The notes under the pieces are model-generated. The model was not told the DNA's origin and made no database searches. It saw only the letters and a program-made list of their open reading frames with translations. Source: Eledone cirrhosa (taxonomy: Eukaryota). Taken from it: a stretch of DNA of 64,000 bases. Position 1 is the first letter of the stretch. Every line of letters begins with the position of its first letter. This document shows positions 15,020 through 26,927 of this stretch, piece after piece. The position numbers were made by a program, and so were the translations under genes. The stretch covers positions 48,918,001 through 48,982,000 of the forward strand of contig OZ024743.1 of the NCBI GenBank assembly GCA_964016885.1, given 5' to 3'.

Positions 15020-15065
15020 TCAATCCATGCCAACATGGAAAAATGAATATAAAATGATGTTGAAG
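15020..15065 (+). mobile_element. Degenerate RTE/SINE 3' tail
   Basis: ccatgccaacatggaaaaatgaatataaaatgatgttga resembles the ccatgc..gcgtggaa..ggacgtaaaa(tga)n tails seen at 21920-21968 and 42365-42408. Confidence 0.55.
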
Positions 15066-15289
15066 ATTATATTTATTCTTCTAATTTCATAAGTATATTA
15101 GAAAAATAGGCCACTCATCTGTAAGCATTTACCTAAAACTCATATATACATGTGATACTCCAAATATAGAATTATTAAAAAAAATTAAAATTTCAACATT
15201 CTAAGAAAAATGTTTGCCTTCACTGTTCTTAGTTGCTTGATTTGCAAGAAATTGCTTCTAAATCTTCAAATACTATGCTACCATCTTAA

Positions 15290-15830
15290 AATGGATAAAT
15301 ATACAGAGAAACTAATCCAGCTTATATGGATCTGTGGGACAGACCTCATCATTCAGTTGACTATATGTATGGCATAGGACTGCTCAATCAGGTGTATGCT
15401 GCATGTTTGAGAAGTGACATGATTTATAGGAGCAAGACATGTTTGGTGAATGTGAAGCAGTTGAGAATACTGGAAAGAATGGAAAATGAGAATGGTTATT
15501 TGGATGAAAGGAAGATAAACAATGAATTACTGAGGATCATGGGAGTAAAGCCTGTGATAAATGTTATGGGAGAAACGGAATGAGATGGTTGAATCATGTT
15601 TTAAGGAAGAGTGAACATGACTAGGCAAGAGGAGTGATAAAAATGAATGTGGAGATAAGTAGAGGAAAGGAAGGCCAAGAAGACAGGGTTAAAAATGGAG
15701 GAGGAAACGAAAGCCAACAAGTTGGTGAGGGAGATGCAAATGATAAGACAAAATGGAAAAGCTTGTTATGGAGCTTGCAATGCTAACCCCTGCTTTAGCA
15801 AGGGGAATGGTCTTAAAATGCTTGTATTTT
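15290..15830 (+). mobile_element. Old, degraded RTE LINE 3' fragment
   Basis: VYAACLRSDMIYRSKTC..LRILERME aligns by eye to LYDACIRTAMLHGSETW..LRRLERNE of the RTE copies in this window; it has stops and frameshifts. Confidence 0.7.
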
Positions 15831-16043
15831 AACCTGCTTAAATACAAATTGTGACTAATCATAATTCATCAGTCAGTTATTAGTAGTAAAAGCATCTTGC
15901 TATAAAAATGGATACACCAACACTATTCAATTTTAAAGAATTAAACTCCCCAACTAACCCACCAAGAATACAGTTGTAATATTTACATTATAAGATTCAC
16001 AATGTTTGTGTGTTGAGTTTATTTTTTTTTATTTTAAAGCTGT

Positions 16044-16044
<1 letters not shown>

Positions 16045-16140
<96 letters not shown>
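16045..16140. repeat. (GT)n microsatellite
   Basis: Direct reading. Confidence 0.97.
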
Positions 16141-16142
<2 letters not shown>

Positions 16143-16407
16143 GAAATAGTAGAAATGAAAGAAATTCTTAGTACAGTAAAAAAAAATTTTTAAATGATAA
16201 GAATGACTTTTCTGATGATTGTTATTCTTTAATAATCAAATATTTTAAAGAATAACAACCGTTAGAAAAGTCATTCTTAACACACATATATATATATATA
16301 TATTAAAATAACAGATTAAAGTTTAAGCAAAGAATCTTAATGGGATCTTCTAAAATCTTCGGATTTTAGTCTTTACATTTATTATTATTACTATATATAT
16401 ATTTGAT

Positions 16408-16791
16408 GGAGACACATGGCTTAGTGGTTAGAGCATTGGCCTTGCAATTGAAAGGTTGTGAGTTCAATTCTCAGACCGGATGATGTGTTGTTTCCTTGAG
16501 CAAGACACTTTATTTCACATTGCTCCAGTTTACTCAGCTGTAGAAATGAGATGATTGGGACTGGGGTTCCTATCATTCCACTGCAAAGTGGTCGTGGAGG
16601 TGCCACAGCAAAAAAGCACCCAGCCCACACTGTAAAGTAGACATGTAGGCGCCACAGAAAAAAGCACCCAGCACTCACTGTAAATGAGGTTGGTGTTAGG
16701 AAGGGCATCCAGCTGTAGAAATCAAGCCAGAATCAGTTCCCATCCCACCCTTGCAAGCAGGGAAAAGCGGACGTAAAATGATGATGATGAT
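16408..16791 (+). mobile_element. tRNA-derived SINE with CORE/V-like central domain and RTE-derived tail
   Basis: A box tggcttagtgg (~16417), B box agttcaattc (~16461), core tccttgagcaagacactt, 3' part shared with the RTE 3'UTR, ends in (TGA)n. Confidence 0.85.
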
Positions 16792-16805
16792 ATATATATA
16801 TATAT

Positions 16806-17050
16806 CATCATCATCATCATTTTACGTCCATTCTTCCACGCTAGCATGGATTAGACAGGTTGTCCTGTTGTGGGCAATGCCAGGTTAGGTGACCATGTCT
16901 TGCTCATATGGAACTGACTCTGGCTTGATTTCTACAGCTGGATGCCCTTCCTAATACCAACCTCATTTACAGTGAGTACTGGGTGTCTTTGTGTCGACCA
17001 CTTTACAGTAGGAGGGGGTGGGGGCATATTGTCTATATGCTTCAGCTTCG
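16806..17050 (-). mobile_element. 5'-truncated RTE 3'UTR/tail fragment
   Basis: Reverse complement of 21665-21968 with an internal deletion; (CAT)n tail. Confidence 0.85.
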
Positions 17051-17222
17051 ACTGTATATATATATATATATAAAGTGGAATTGGAAATAGCACGGAATGT
17101 ATATTTAAAGGATCTGTTTTACTTTTTTTCTTCTTTGATCCTTCATAGAAATATTATTGAAAAAATGAGAGGAACAATTTCAAAAAAAAAAAGGAATTTT
17201 AAAATGTATATAAAATATATAA

Positions 17223-17270
17223 AATATAACCGGTTTCGATGTATCAGTGTAATCCATCTTATCAAATATT
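17223..17270 (-). ncRNA. Type I hammerhead ribozyme, U3-A8 covariant core
   Basis: Minus strand: aatat-UUGAUAA-gatg..catc-GAAA-ccgg-UU-atatt; stems I, II and a palindromic minimal stem III are all present. Confidence 0.6.
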
Positions 17271-17790
17271 ACAATTAAAAAGAACTGAAAATTAAAAATT
17301 AAGTAGGTCTGTTCATCTTTCTTGTTGAGAAGAAGACTGGGTCTAAAATGTAGTCTTATATATAGAGAGAGAGGTAATGATAGTAGTAGTAGTAGTAGTG
17401 GTAGTTGTGTCTTTTCACTGAACAAAATTATTTTTAAAGAGAGGAAATTTTTCTGCACATATGTGTGTGTATCTCAATTATGTTAAAGGGCTGGTCAAGA
17501 GTTCAGATGGGGGGTGACAAAGGGGAAATGTAAGCTAGAGACAATTGCTATAGGGGAGAGAGGTAAATGGGATTGTCAAAGGTATAGGATTTTAAAAGAA
17601 ATTCTATTTTAGGAATATGGTTTTTAGAGGGTATGAGCGTGTATGTGTGAGTGTGTATATAAATATGTGTGTGTGTGTTATTGTAAGTGTGATGGGATCA
17701 AAACTTAGAGAAACATTTTGGAGGGAAAGAAAGAAAAAAAGGGGAGGGGAGGTATATTGTGTGTATATATATATATATATATATATACAC

Positions 17791-18312
17791 ATTTCTTAGT
17801 AGTTTTCATGACGTTATTATTGTTAATTTTACTGATGTAGTATTAACTTGGATATTTACCATGCGGTATTCTAATTCTATTGTATCTCTCTCAGTTATTT
17901 ACCATGCGACCCTCAGTTCCTACCGCCCCCCCTCTCTATGCATCTCTTTAAGGTTTACTACCCTGTCTTTAACCTATTCAACCTAATTCATTCAATCTGA
18001 AAATATTGAAGAGATAAGACACTTTCCCATTCTTCTCTGCTAAAATGTATCACTAGAGTTGATTCCAATTGTCCAGCCATCCATCCATCCTTACTAATCT
18101 CCGAAGGTATTTTAGCCTACATATTGTTGTTAATATTAATGATGTTCCCTGCTGTATTAGCGATAAATTTTCGAGGGTTTTTCTTAGTAGTTTTCATGAC
18201 GTTATTATTGTTAATTTTACTGATGTAGTATTAACTTGGATATTTACCATGCGGTATTCTAATTCTATCGTATCTCTCTCAGTTATTTACCATGCGACCC
18301 TCAGTTCCTACC
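17791..18312 (+). repeat. ~133-bp near-identical direct repeat (17791-17924 and 18179-18312)
   Basis: tttcttagtagttttcatgacg...cctcagttcctacc occurs twice, 388 bp apart. Confidence 0.9.
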
Positions 18313-21300
18313 TCACAAGTTCCCTCCCCACCACCCCCACACCCCACCATAGTCTATTCGACCAATCAAACCTAGCATGCCATTTCCACTGCTGCTGCTA
18401 CTACCTGCCTAACTAACTCTCTCCTCCTCTGGCGCATCCCAACACACCCTGCCATTACCCCACCACCACTGTTCTTCTAGCCCTCAATTTTCCCACCGTT
18501 ATGGATGGATGAGCTGAGAATACATTTGAGCAACTCTGAATCAATAGATGAAATATGAATCTGCGAGCTACCAAGCACCCACGTGAAGCGCCAACCCAGA
18601 GACCCTCCCCTACGAGTGTCGACAAATGCCCAAAACTCCGAGTTGGTACCATCAATGTAGGCTCAATGAAAGGAAGAGCAGGAGAAATCGTAGAAATGCT
18701 AGAGCGAAAGGAAGTTGATGTATGCTGTGTGCAAGAGACTAGATGGAGAGGAGGGTCTGCTAGAGTCCTTGTAGGAAAAAGCCAGTGCTACAAATTTTTC
18801 TGGGTGGGAAATGACGATGGGATGGGTGGTGTAGGTATACTATTAGCTGACAAGTGGGTAGATAAAGTAATCTCAGTGTACAGGGTAAATGCAAGAATCA
18901 TTAAACTCAGACTAGTCCTGAATAAGACAATTACCACAATAATATCAGCTTACGCACCCCAATCGGGGCTGCCAGACGAACTTAAGGATAGGTTTTACGA
19001 GTCCCTAATACACACTACTGCTCTAACAGACGACAAGGACTTCCTAATCATTGCAGGAGATTTTAACGGACACGTAGGTAAACACTGCGACGGCTTCAAT
19101 AGAGTACATGGAGGCCATGGAGTTGGAATGAGGAAGGATTCAGACTTCTAGAATTCTGCGACGCCAATGACATGTCGATATGTAACACAAACTTTAAAAA
19201 ACCCGACAACCACCTGATCACCTATAGATCAGGGGAGCACTCTAGTCAGTTAGATTTTATCCTCATCAGAGGACGTGACAGATGGACGGTCGTAAACACA
19301 AAAGCCTTCCCTAGTGAGGAATGTACATCCCAACATAGCTTAGTTGTCAGCGACCTCACGGTCAGAACTAGACGAACCCGGAAACAGAGGCCAACCTGGA
19401 GAAGAAAGATCTGGAAGCTGAAAGTCCCCTCAACCAGTAACAGATTTAAAGATATTTTACTCAACGCCTACGACAGTAAAGAAGAACAGATAGAGACATT
19501 TAACGTAGAAGAGAACTGGGAGTTCCTAAAAAATAACTTACTAGAGGCGACGGATGAGGTTTGTGGCTGGAGTAAGACCTCAAGCAGGAGGAGAGTGACT
19601 TGGTGGTGGAACAATAAGGTAGATGAAGCAGTCAAGGCCAAGAGACAGGCATGGAAAGAATGGAAGAACGGGGGGAGCAGGGTACATTACATAGAGACCA
19701 AGAGGGAAGCTAGGCGACAAGTATACTTAGCTAGGAGGGAAGCAGAGGATAGAAAATTCAAGCATGTTTTACAACGTGAGGACCAGAAACAGGAGGTATT
19801 CAAGATTGCGAGGCAGTGTGTCAGAGATAGTTGTGATGTCATTGGAGAGAAGTGTATCCGGAATGATAAAGGTGAGCTTGCCCTCACAAGTGCTGAGAAG
19901 AAAGATGCATGGAAGAGTCATTATGATAGATTACTAAATGAGGAGAATGCATGGGAAGAAGAGACCCTACCCCATGTAGACCCTATAGAGGGACCAGCAG
20001 TACAAGTCAGCGGCAGCGTAGTAAGTAAGGCAATCAGAGATATGAAGATGGGGAAGGCAACCGGTCCATCGGGTATAGCTGCCGAGATGCTGAAGGCATC
20101 TGGGTCTGTAGGTCACACTATAACCACACGTATCGTTAACCAGGTAATACTAGAAGGGGCCATACCAAAAGATTGGTGCAGTAGCATCATTGTCAACTGC
20201 TACAAAGGTAAAGGCGATGCACTAGATAGAGGAAACTATAGAGGTATAAAGTTGATGGACCAGGTCATGAAAGTAACAGAAAGAGTTATAGCACAGCTGA
20301 TTAGGGACCGGGTGAATATAGACGAGATGCAATTTGGGTTTGTACCAGGGAGAGGCACCACTGATGCCCTCTTCCTTGTGAGGCAATTACAGGAAAAGTA
20401 CCTAGCTAAAAGTAAGCCACTCTACTTGGCATTTGTCGACCTTGAGAAAGCCTTTGACAGAGTTCCACGTGCAGTAATCTGGTGGGCTCTTAGAAAACTA
20501 GGAGTAGATGAATGGCTTGTGAAAGCGGTACAAGCCATGTATAGGGGAGCAGTCAGCAAAGTTAGGATTAGCAATGAGTATAGCGAGGAATTTAGCGTAC
20601 AGGTTGGGGTCCACCAGGGCTCTGTTCTTAGCCCTCTCCTGTTCATCATAGTCCTGCAGGCAATAACGGAGGAGTTTAAGACCGGATGCCCATGGGAACT
20701 CCTGTATGCTGATGACCTCGCACTCATAGCTGAATCTATGGTAGAACTAGAGAATAAATTCCAAACCTGGAAGCAGGGACTAGAGAGAAAGGGCCTCAAA
20801 GTCAACATGACAAAGACTAAGGTCCTTGTAAGTAGACGAGAAAACAGAACCCAGATCCCCTCAGGGAAATGGCCTTGCTCAGTATGTAGGAAAGGTGTAG
20901 GTAGGAACTCCATTCTCTGCCCCAAATGCAAACAATGGGTACACAAGAGATGTAGCAGGATCTCAGGAAGCTTAATTAAGAATGTAGGATTCACATGCAG
21001 CAGCTGTGCTGAAACAGCAAGCAGCAAACAGCCACAGGAAACAAGTACCACCAATCTCTGGGAGGGCCCTGTAGAAACAGTAGACAGCTTCTGCTACCTA
21101 GGTGACCGAATTAGCAACGGAGGTGGGTGCTCAGAAAGTACAATAACTAGGGTAAGAACGGGATGGAAGAAGTTTAGGGAACTACTACCACTGCTAGCTG
21201 CATAAGGCTTCTCCCTCAGAATGAAAGGCAGACTGTATGATGCGTGTATCCGAACAGCGATGTTGCATGGTAGTGAGACCTGGGCGCTGAAGGTGGAAGA

Positions 21301-21968
21301 CTTACGTAGATTAGAGAGAAACGAAGCCTGCATGCTCCGATGGATGTGTAACAGTAATATACGTGAACGACAAAGCATAAAGGAATTGAGAGAGAGACTG
21401 AGCATAAGAGGAATCAAATGCTGCGTGCAGGAGAGGCGGTTACGCTGGTATGGACATGTGATGCGTATGAAGGATGACAGCTGCATAAAAAGGTGCAGAG
21501 CACTAGAAGTTGATGGCAACCGCGGAGTGGGGAGACCCAAGATGACTTGGGATGAGGTGATAAAAGCCGACCTTACCCAACTACACCTCTCAAAGACAAT
21601 GACACACGACCGTGATTTCTGGCGTCACGCAGTAATACAGGGTACCCGACCTCCCATGGGTACATGCTGAAGCATATAAACAATATGCCCCCACTCCCCC
21701 CACCGCAAGGTGGTCGTGGAGGTGCCACGGCAAAAAAGCACCCAGCCCACACTGTAAAGTGGACGTGTAGGCGCCACGAAAAAGCACCCATCACTCACTG
21801 TAAATGAGGTTGGTGTTAGGAAGGGCATCCAGCTGTAGAAATCAAGCCAGATCAGTTCCTGTATGAGCAAGGCATGGTCAGCCGACCAGACACTGCCCAC
21901 AACAGGACAACCCGTCTAACCCATGCTAGCGTGGAAGAACGGACGTAAAACGGTGATGATGATGATGA
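18313..21968 (+). mobile_element. Near-full-length RTE-clade LINE (family A)
   Basis: Single APE+RT reading frame, 5'UTR, 3'UTR and (GAT)n tail; the flanks rejoin as a continuation of the duplicated segment. Confidence 0.93.
18555..21670 (+). pseudogene. RTE ORF: AP endonuclease + reverse transcriptase + PHD-type finger; one frameshift (~19135) and one stop (21203)
   Basis: GTINVGSM, VQETRW, AYAPQ, GDFNGHVG, SQLDF (APE); FVDLEKAFD, QGSVLSP, YADD (RT); CSVC..CPKC..HKRC..CSSC; RRLRWYGHV and GRPKMTW C-terminal RTE motifs. Confidence 0.93.
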
Positions 21969-22997
21969 CATCCCCTCTCTGATCCCTTCTATTTCGATTA
22001 CAATTTATTATATCCACCCCTTCACATTTAAGCAACTTATTACATTATTTCCAAACAAGCCCCACTTATATTTATTTTTGGTAATATTATATATAACAAC
22101 CATTGCCACACTTTATTTTTATTCAGTAGTTTCTTTTCAATACTTGTATAATTCTTTATTTCTTTAATATTGCTTAACATTTTAAGTATAATTAATTTTA
22201 AAAAATAATACATAGCATTTTAGTATACATAGATAATTTTTATCTGTATTTTGTAAACTTATTAATTTTTAAAATTCTTTAGTTCTACAGTCACTAGTCC
22301 TAAAAAATGTTTAAGTCGATACATCTTTACATACAAATCTTTCTATTTTTCTTTATTACATATATAGTAACTCTCTAATATATAGAATGTCTTACAAGAA
22401 TTACCTCCCCTTTATTTTTATTTTGTCTTAACCGTTTTTTTAAGGATTAATTTTTTAATTCCACGCTTAGTTGGATGTTTTGTACGCTTAATGATATATG
22501 ACTTTGTCTCCTCTATCCAATTCTGTGGTACTTTTGGATTATGTGTCTTGATAACACTTCAATCTAGATTCTATTTACTCAACATTAACTCCTTTGGATG
22601 GTTTGAAAAATAATTATTATTATGACTGAATTACGTAGTCGAACTTTTTAAAATGCATTATTAAAAATATTTTTGGGAGATGTATTTTAAAATTTATATT
22701 TGAATTACATGCCTTCTCTTATTAACTTTATTACTTTTCTTAACTACTTATGATATATGTTTTTCACTACTTAACTTTTCTGTAGTAGCATGTTTTATCA
22801 TTTTTATGTAACAGCATGTTTTTTTATTTTTTTTATTTTTAATGCTCCTAATTTTTATTGCAGTTATATGATGCCTCTTCCGGCTCTGATATCTTATATC
22901 AATGTTGATACATATGCTTATCTAGCCTCCCATATTATGTATCCTCCTAATATTCTTGTGACAAAGTTTTGATATTATATTTGTGTTTGAGCTTTGT

Positions 22998-23052
22998 TAT
23001 CTACTCCGATGAATTTAGCCTTGTGCTAGGATGAAACGATCGTCAGTGATTA
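22998..23052 (+). ncRNA. Type I hammerhead ribozyme, U4C core, in an AT-rich pLTR-like remnant
   Basis: tact-CCGAUGA-a-tttagc(cttgt)gctagg-at-GAAA-cgatcg-UC-agtg; GUC cleavage triplet, palindromic stem III. Confidence 0.65.
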
Positions 23053-23108
23053 AATGTTTTAAACACTCTTTGATTGTCATTTACATTGTATGTATGTATA
23101 TATATATA

Positions 23109-23743
23109 CTAGCAGCTGAGCCCGGTTGCACCCGGGGCCACTTTTTATTAAGTTAATAATTTGAAAAATATTATTGAAAGTTTATTATAAAGAAGCAGTT
23201 TCAGGTAAAAAAAAATAGAAATATGCATTTGGGGCTGGACGGCGTACAATGAGAAGTGGAGCGACGTGAAAAGCGTTGTTTATTAACAGCGAAATAACAA
23301 TGTCAATGATATATATATATATATATATATGTATTTCTATGATTTTTTGTTCACGATTGCCTGTGTTTTTACCTTTATGATTTTTTGTTCACGATCGCCT
23401 GTGTTTCTACCTTTATGATTTTTTGTCTTTAATTTTCCTGTGTTTACTCCCCCCTCCCTACGTTTTTCTGTTTCTTTTTCCCTTCCCCGTCTCTGCCTAT
23501 CCTTCGCACTCACCCCTTCGTTCACTCCACCCCGCTTCACACCCCTGCCTTCTCATCCCTCCCCCTGCTTTCACCCAACGCCCATCATGCCCAACCTGAG
23601 ATCCTTTCTCCACCAACTACATAATCGCCTCAAACTTTTCCTCACCCCCCCTCGTCCCCCACCAACACCCCACTCTCCAGAGCGTGAAATTAATAAACAT
23701 TCGTTGTACTGCCTCTCTGTTTTGTCCCTATTCAAATTTTTCC

Positions 23744-23750
<7 letters not shown>
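23109..23750 (-). mobile_element. Non-autonomous Helitron-like element
   Basis: The minus strand ends ...cccgg(gtgcaa)ccggg ctcagctg CTAG|T, a GC hairpin about 8 nt before CTAG; internal ~37-bp tandem repeats (23338-23428); the 5' end is obscured by (TA)n. Confidence 0.65.
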
Positions 23751-23786
<36 letters not shown>

Positions 23787-23788
<2 letters not shown>

Positions 23789-24328
23789 TTATCTTGTAGT
23801 TGCCCGCATTAAATTATTATTATTTTTTTTTAAATGTAATTAAGTAAGAAAGTTAATTAAATTTTAAATAATTTAATTAAACATTTTTTATTTTATTTTT
23901 GTTAATTTTTTTATTTTTAAAATGTTTTTACTCATAAATTATAATATTCCTAAGTGTCTATTATACAAAATAATAATGTTGTATCCAATATAGAATATTG
24001 CCGAAGATGTTTTTTTTTCAATAGCAAGGCACCAAAGGAACTCCTCAAGTTGAGTGCCGAAAGTGCCTTGCTGGTTCCTCTCATGGCACAGAATTTGACT
24101 TTGCAAAGCCCCAGCTGCCTTCCCCACGGTTTGTGTGGATAACGATGGTTACAAAAAAAAAATTATAATTTGTTTTGTTATTTACTTTTCTTGAAATTAT
24201 TTTTTTTTTTATAATTTAACAAAAAAAAAAAAAAATAATTTAAAATCTAATTAATAATAATTTTCTTGCTTAATTACATAAAAAATATTTTTTTTAAATA
24301 ATTTAATGTGGGCAACTACAGGATAACC
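23787..24328. mobile_element. MITE-like element with ~32-bp terminal inverted repeats
   Basis: ggttatcttgtagttgcccgcattaaattatt versus aataatttaatgtgggcaactacaggataacc (2 mismatches); AT-rich non-coding interior. Confidence 0.8.
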
Positions 24329-24737
24329 AACTGCAGAGGATATGCGATGGCTGGAGAGAAATGAAGCAAGTATGCTCCGTTGGATGTGCAATGTCAACGT
24401 GCGTGAACGACCAAGCATGGAGGAGTTGAGAAAGAAACTGGGTATAAGAGGGATAAGTTGTGGTGTGCAGGAGAGAAGACTGTGTTGGTATGGACATGTG
24501 ATGCGCATGGAGGATGACCGCTGGGTAAAGAAGTGTCACGAAATCCCAGTAGAAGGAAGACACAGTAGATGTAGACCATGAAAAACATGGGCTGAGGTGG
24601 TGAGAGCAGACCTCAGATCGCTAAAACTCACCGAGGAGATGACGAAGGACCGTGACAAGTGGAGAGATGCTGTGCTGAATAGGACCCGTCCCACCCTTGC
24701 AAGCAGGGAAAAGCGGATGTAAAATGATGATGATGAT
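24329..24737 (+). mobile_element. 5'-truncated RTE LINE fragment (family B)
   Basis: LERNEASMLRWMC..RRLCWYGHVMRME; tail cccacccttgcaagcagggaaaagcgga(t)gtaaaa(tga)n. Confidence 0.88.
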
Positions 24738-24828
24738 ATATATATATATATAAAAAAATACATATATATATATGGTGTGTGTGTATATATATATAAATAC
24801 ATATATATATATATGGTGTGTGTGTATA

Positions 24829-25110
24829 TCATCATTATTATCATCATCATCATCGTTTAACATCCATCTTCCGTGCTAGCATGGGTTTGGACGGCAATTT
24901 TCCCACTTGAGGCAAGATTGGTTGTCTTGCTCGTATAGGACAGTCTGGCGGGTTTTCTACGGCTGGATGCTCTTCCTAACACCAACCACGTTTACAGTGT
25001 GGCTTGGTAGCTTTTTACCGTGTTACCTACACGACCACATTACAGCGTGGACTGTGTGTTTTTTTGTCGTGACACCTACACGACCTCATTTATTTAGGAC
25101 TGGATGTTGT
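24829..25110 (-). mobile_element. RTE family C 3'UTR/tail fragment
   Basis: Reverse complement of 42140-42408. Confidence 0.82.
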
Positions 25111-25344
25111 TTAGACTGATCAGCCAGATTTGCATATCAGCAGACTGGCCAGTCAGTTTCCTGTATATGAGCGATAAATGGCCGGCTTTGCCACATTCAA
25201 ATTTAAAAAAAAATGTTTGCTCTACATGGCTGAATACAATAAATGTAATCTGAGTTTTTCGAATATTAATAACATTCGATTCGTTTGCAATTATGCAAAC
25301 AAGCCTCATTTTTAAAGCCATGTCAGTAGAATGAACCCTTCATT

Positions 25345-25553
25345 CTTGCTCTTGTGTTGCCATGTTTACATGTAAACAGAATTTGGTAGTGCTTGTTTCC
25401 TGTGGCCATCTGCTGCTTACTACCCCAGTGCAACTGCTACATGTAAAGCCTACATTCTTAACTAAACTTTCTAAGAACCCACTACATCTCTTTTGTACCT
25501 ATAGTTTGCATTTGAGGCAGAGGATGGAATTCCTACCTACTCCTTTCCTACAT
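25345..25553 (-). mobile_element. Internal RTE fragment (PHD-finger region)
   Basis: Reverse complement is similar to 20882-21060 (CRKGVGRNSILC..KRC). Confidence 0.75.
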
Positions 25554-25660
25554 ACATATGTATATTTATAAAGTATTTCCGTATGAAGGGTGAAGGAAAG
25601 GAGTGTTCTATGTATGCTACAGAGCTATTTAATTATGTAATAAACAACATAAGACAATTA

Positions 25661-25733
25661 TTCCATTTACCAAAGGTTTCACGAAGACAGATGAGCTCAA
25701 CAGAGACGTCTGAAATAGCTCATCAGAATGAAA
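25661..25733 (-). ncRNA. Type I hammerhead ribozyme candidate
   Basis: Minus strand: tcatt-CUGAUGA-(39 nt)-GAAA-cc(ttt)gg-UA-aatgg; stem II is irregular. Confidence 0.55.
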
Positions 25734-25876
25734 ATTTAATATGGACGTAAGATATAAATTTAAAAACAAAGGCTATTACAATAGAATAAAGATAGGAAAT
25801 AAAATAAAATAACGGGAAAAATATACACACTGAAGCAGAACGTAAGGTTATGGGGTAAAAATAAATAAATATATAT

Positions 25877-26101
25877 ATCATCATCATCATTTTACGTCCG
25901 CTGTTCCCTGCTTGCAAGGGTGGGACGGGAACTGATTCTGGCTTGATTTCTACAGCTGGATGCCCTTCCTAACACCAACCTCATTTACAGTGAGCGCTGG
26001 GTACTTTTTTTCCGTGGCACCTCCACGACCACTTTGCAGTGGAATGATAGGGACCCCAGTCCCTATCATCTCATTTCTACAGCTGAGTAAACTGGAGCAA
26101 T
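25877..26101 (-). mobile_element. 5'-truncated copy of the SINE at 16408
   Basis: Reverse complement matches 16520-16791 with an internal deletion. Confidence 0.85.
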
Positions 26102-26127
26102 CCGTGGAAAAAGTAAAAAGAATGATA

Positions 26128-26588
26128 GGCATACGTCAAGACGGGCGGTCAGGAAAGTGAAAGTAATTTTTGACGCTGAATTTTAAAAAAAAATTGGGGG
26201 GGGGGGGTAGACGTATATATATGTTTGTGTGTATATATGTGTTTGTACATCTAGCCAAACTTGTTTGCACCAACTCTCTGTCCCCAAAGAAATTAAGGTC
26301 GGGTCATAAGAAGAAACCCATGCTTGCGTGGAAGATAGACGTTAAACGTTAAACGATGATGATGACACAAACACATATATATATATATATACAAACACAC
26401 ATATATATATACATACAGACACACATATATATACACACACACACACATATATATATATTAAGAAATCCATACAATTGCGTGTGTATCGTAACTTTCATTA
26501 TTGAGACCTGTTGTAAAAAAAAAAAAAAAAAAAAAAATTGTCAAAAATTAGTTTCACTTTCCTGACCGCCCGTCTTGACGTATGCCCG
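26128..26588. mobile_element. MITE with ~47-bp TIRs (possibly Tc1/mariner-derived)
   Basis: ggcatacgtcaagacgggcggtcaggaaagtgaaagtaatttttgac versus its reverse complement at 26540-26586; TA follows the right end; contains a nested RTE/SINE tail (~26295-26365). Confidence 0.82.
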
Positions 26589-26885
26589 TACATACACACA
26601 TATATACATACATGCATACATACATATATGTATATGTATGTATATATACCTTTCATTTATATATACATACATACAGATACTACACACATATATACATGCG
26701 TGAGTATACATAGATACAAAGATAAACACATTTTGCGTTATTGACTTAATATATGTATCCAACTGACCAGACAGCCGAAAAAGTAACAAACAAAATCGTA
26801 AGGTATAAATACAAACACACGCGCAACTCGTACATAAAGACATTGGTGTACAAAAATACATATAATTACATAAGAGTATGTAAAT

Positions 26886-26919
<34 letters not shown>

Positions 26920-26927
<8 letters not shown>

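Noticed and set aside
16212-16275. CTGATGA...GAAA as a hammerhead
   Set aside because: Both motifs are parts of one simple palindrome; stems I and III and an NUH site cannot be formed.
16408-16480. tRNA gene
   Set aside because: The A/B boxes belong to a SINE head that continues into core and LINE-derived tail; no proper acceptor stem is evident.
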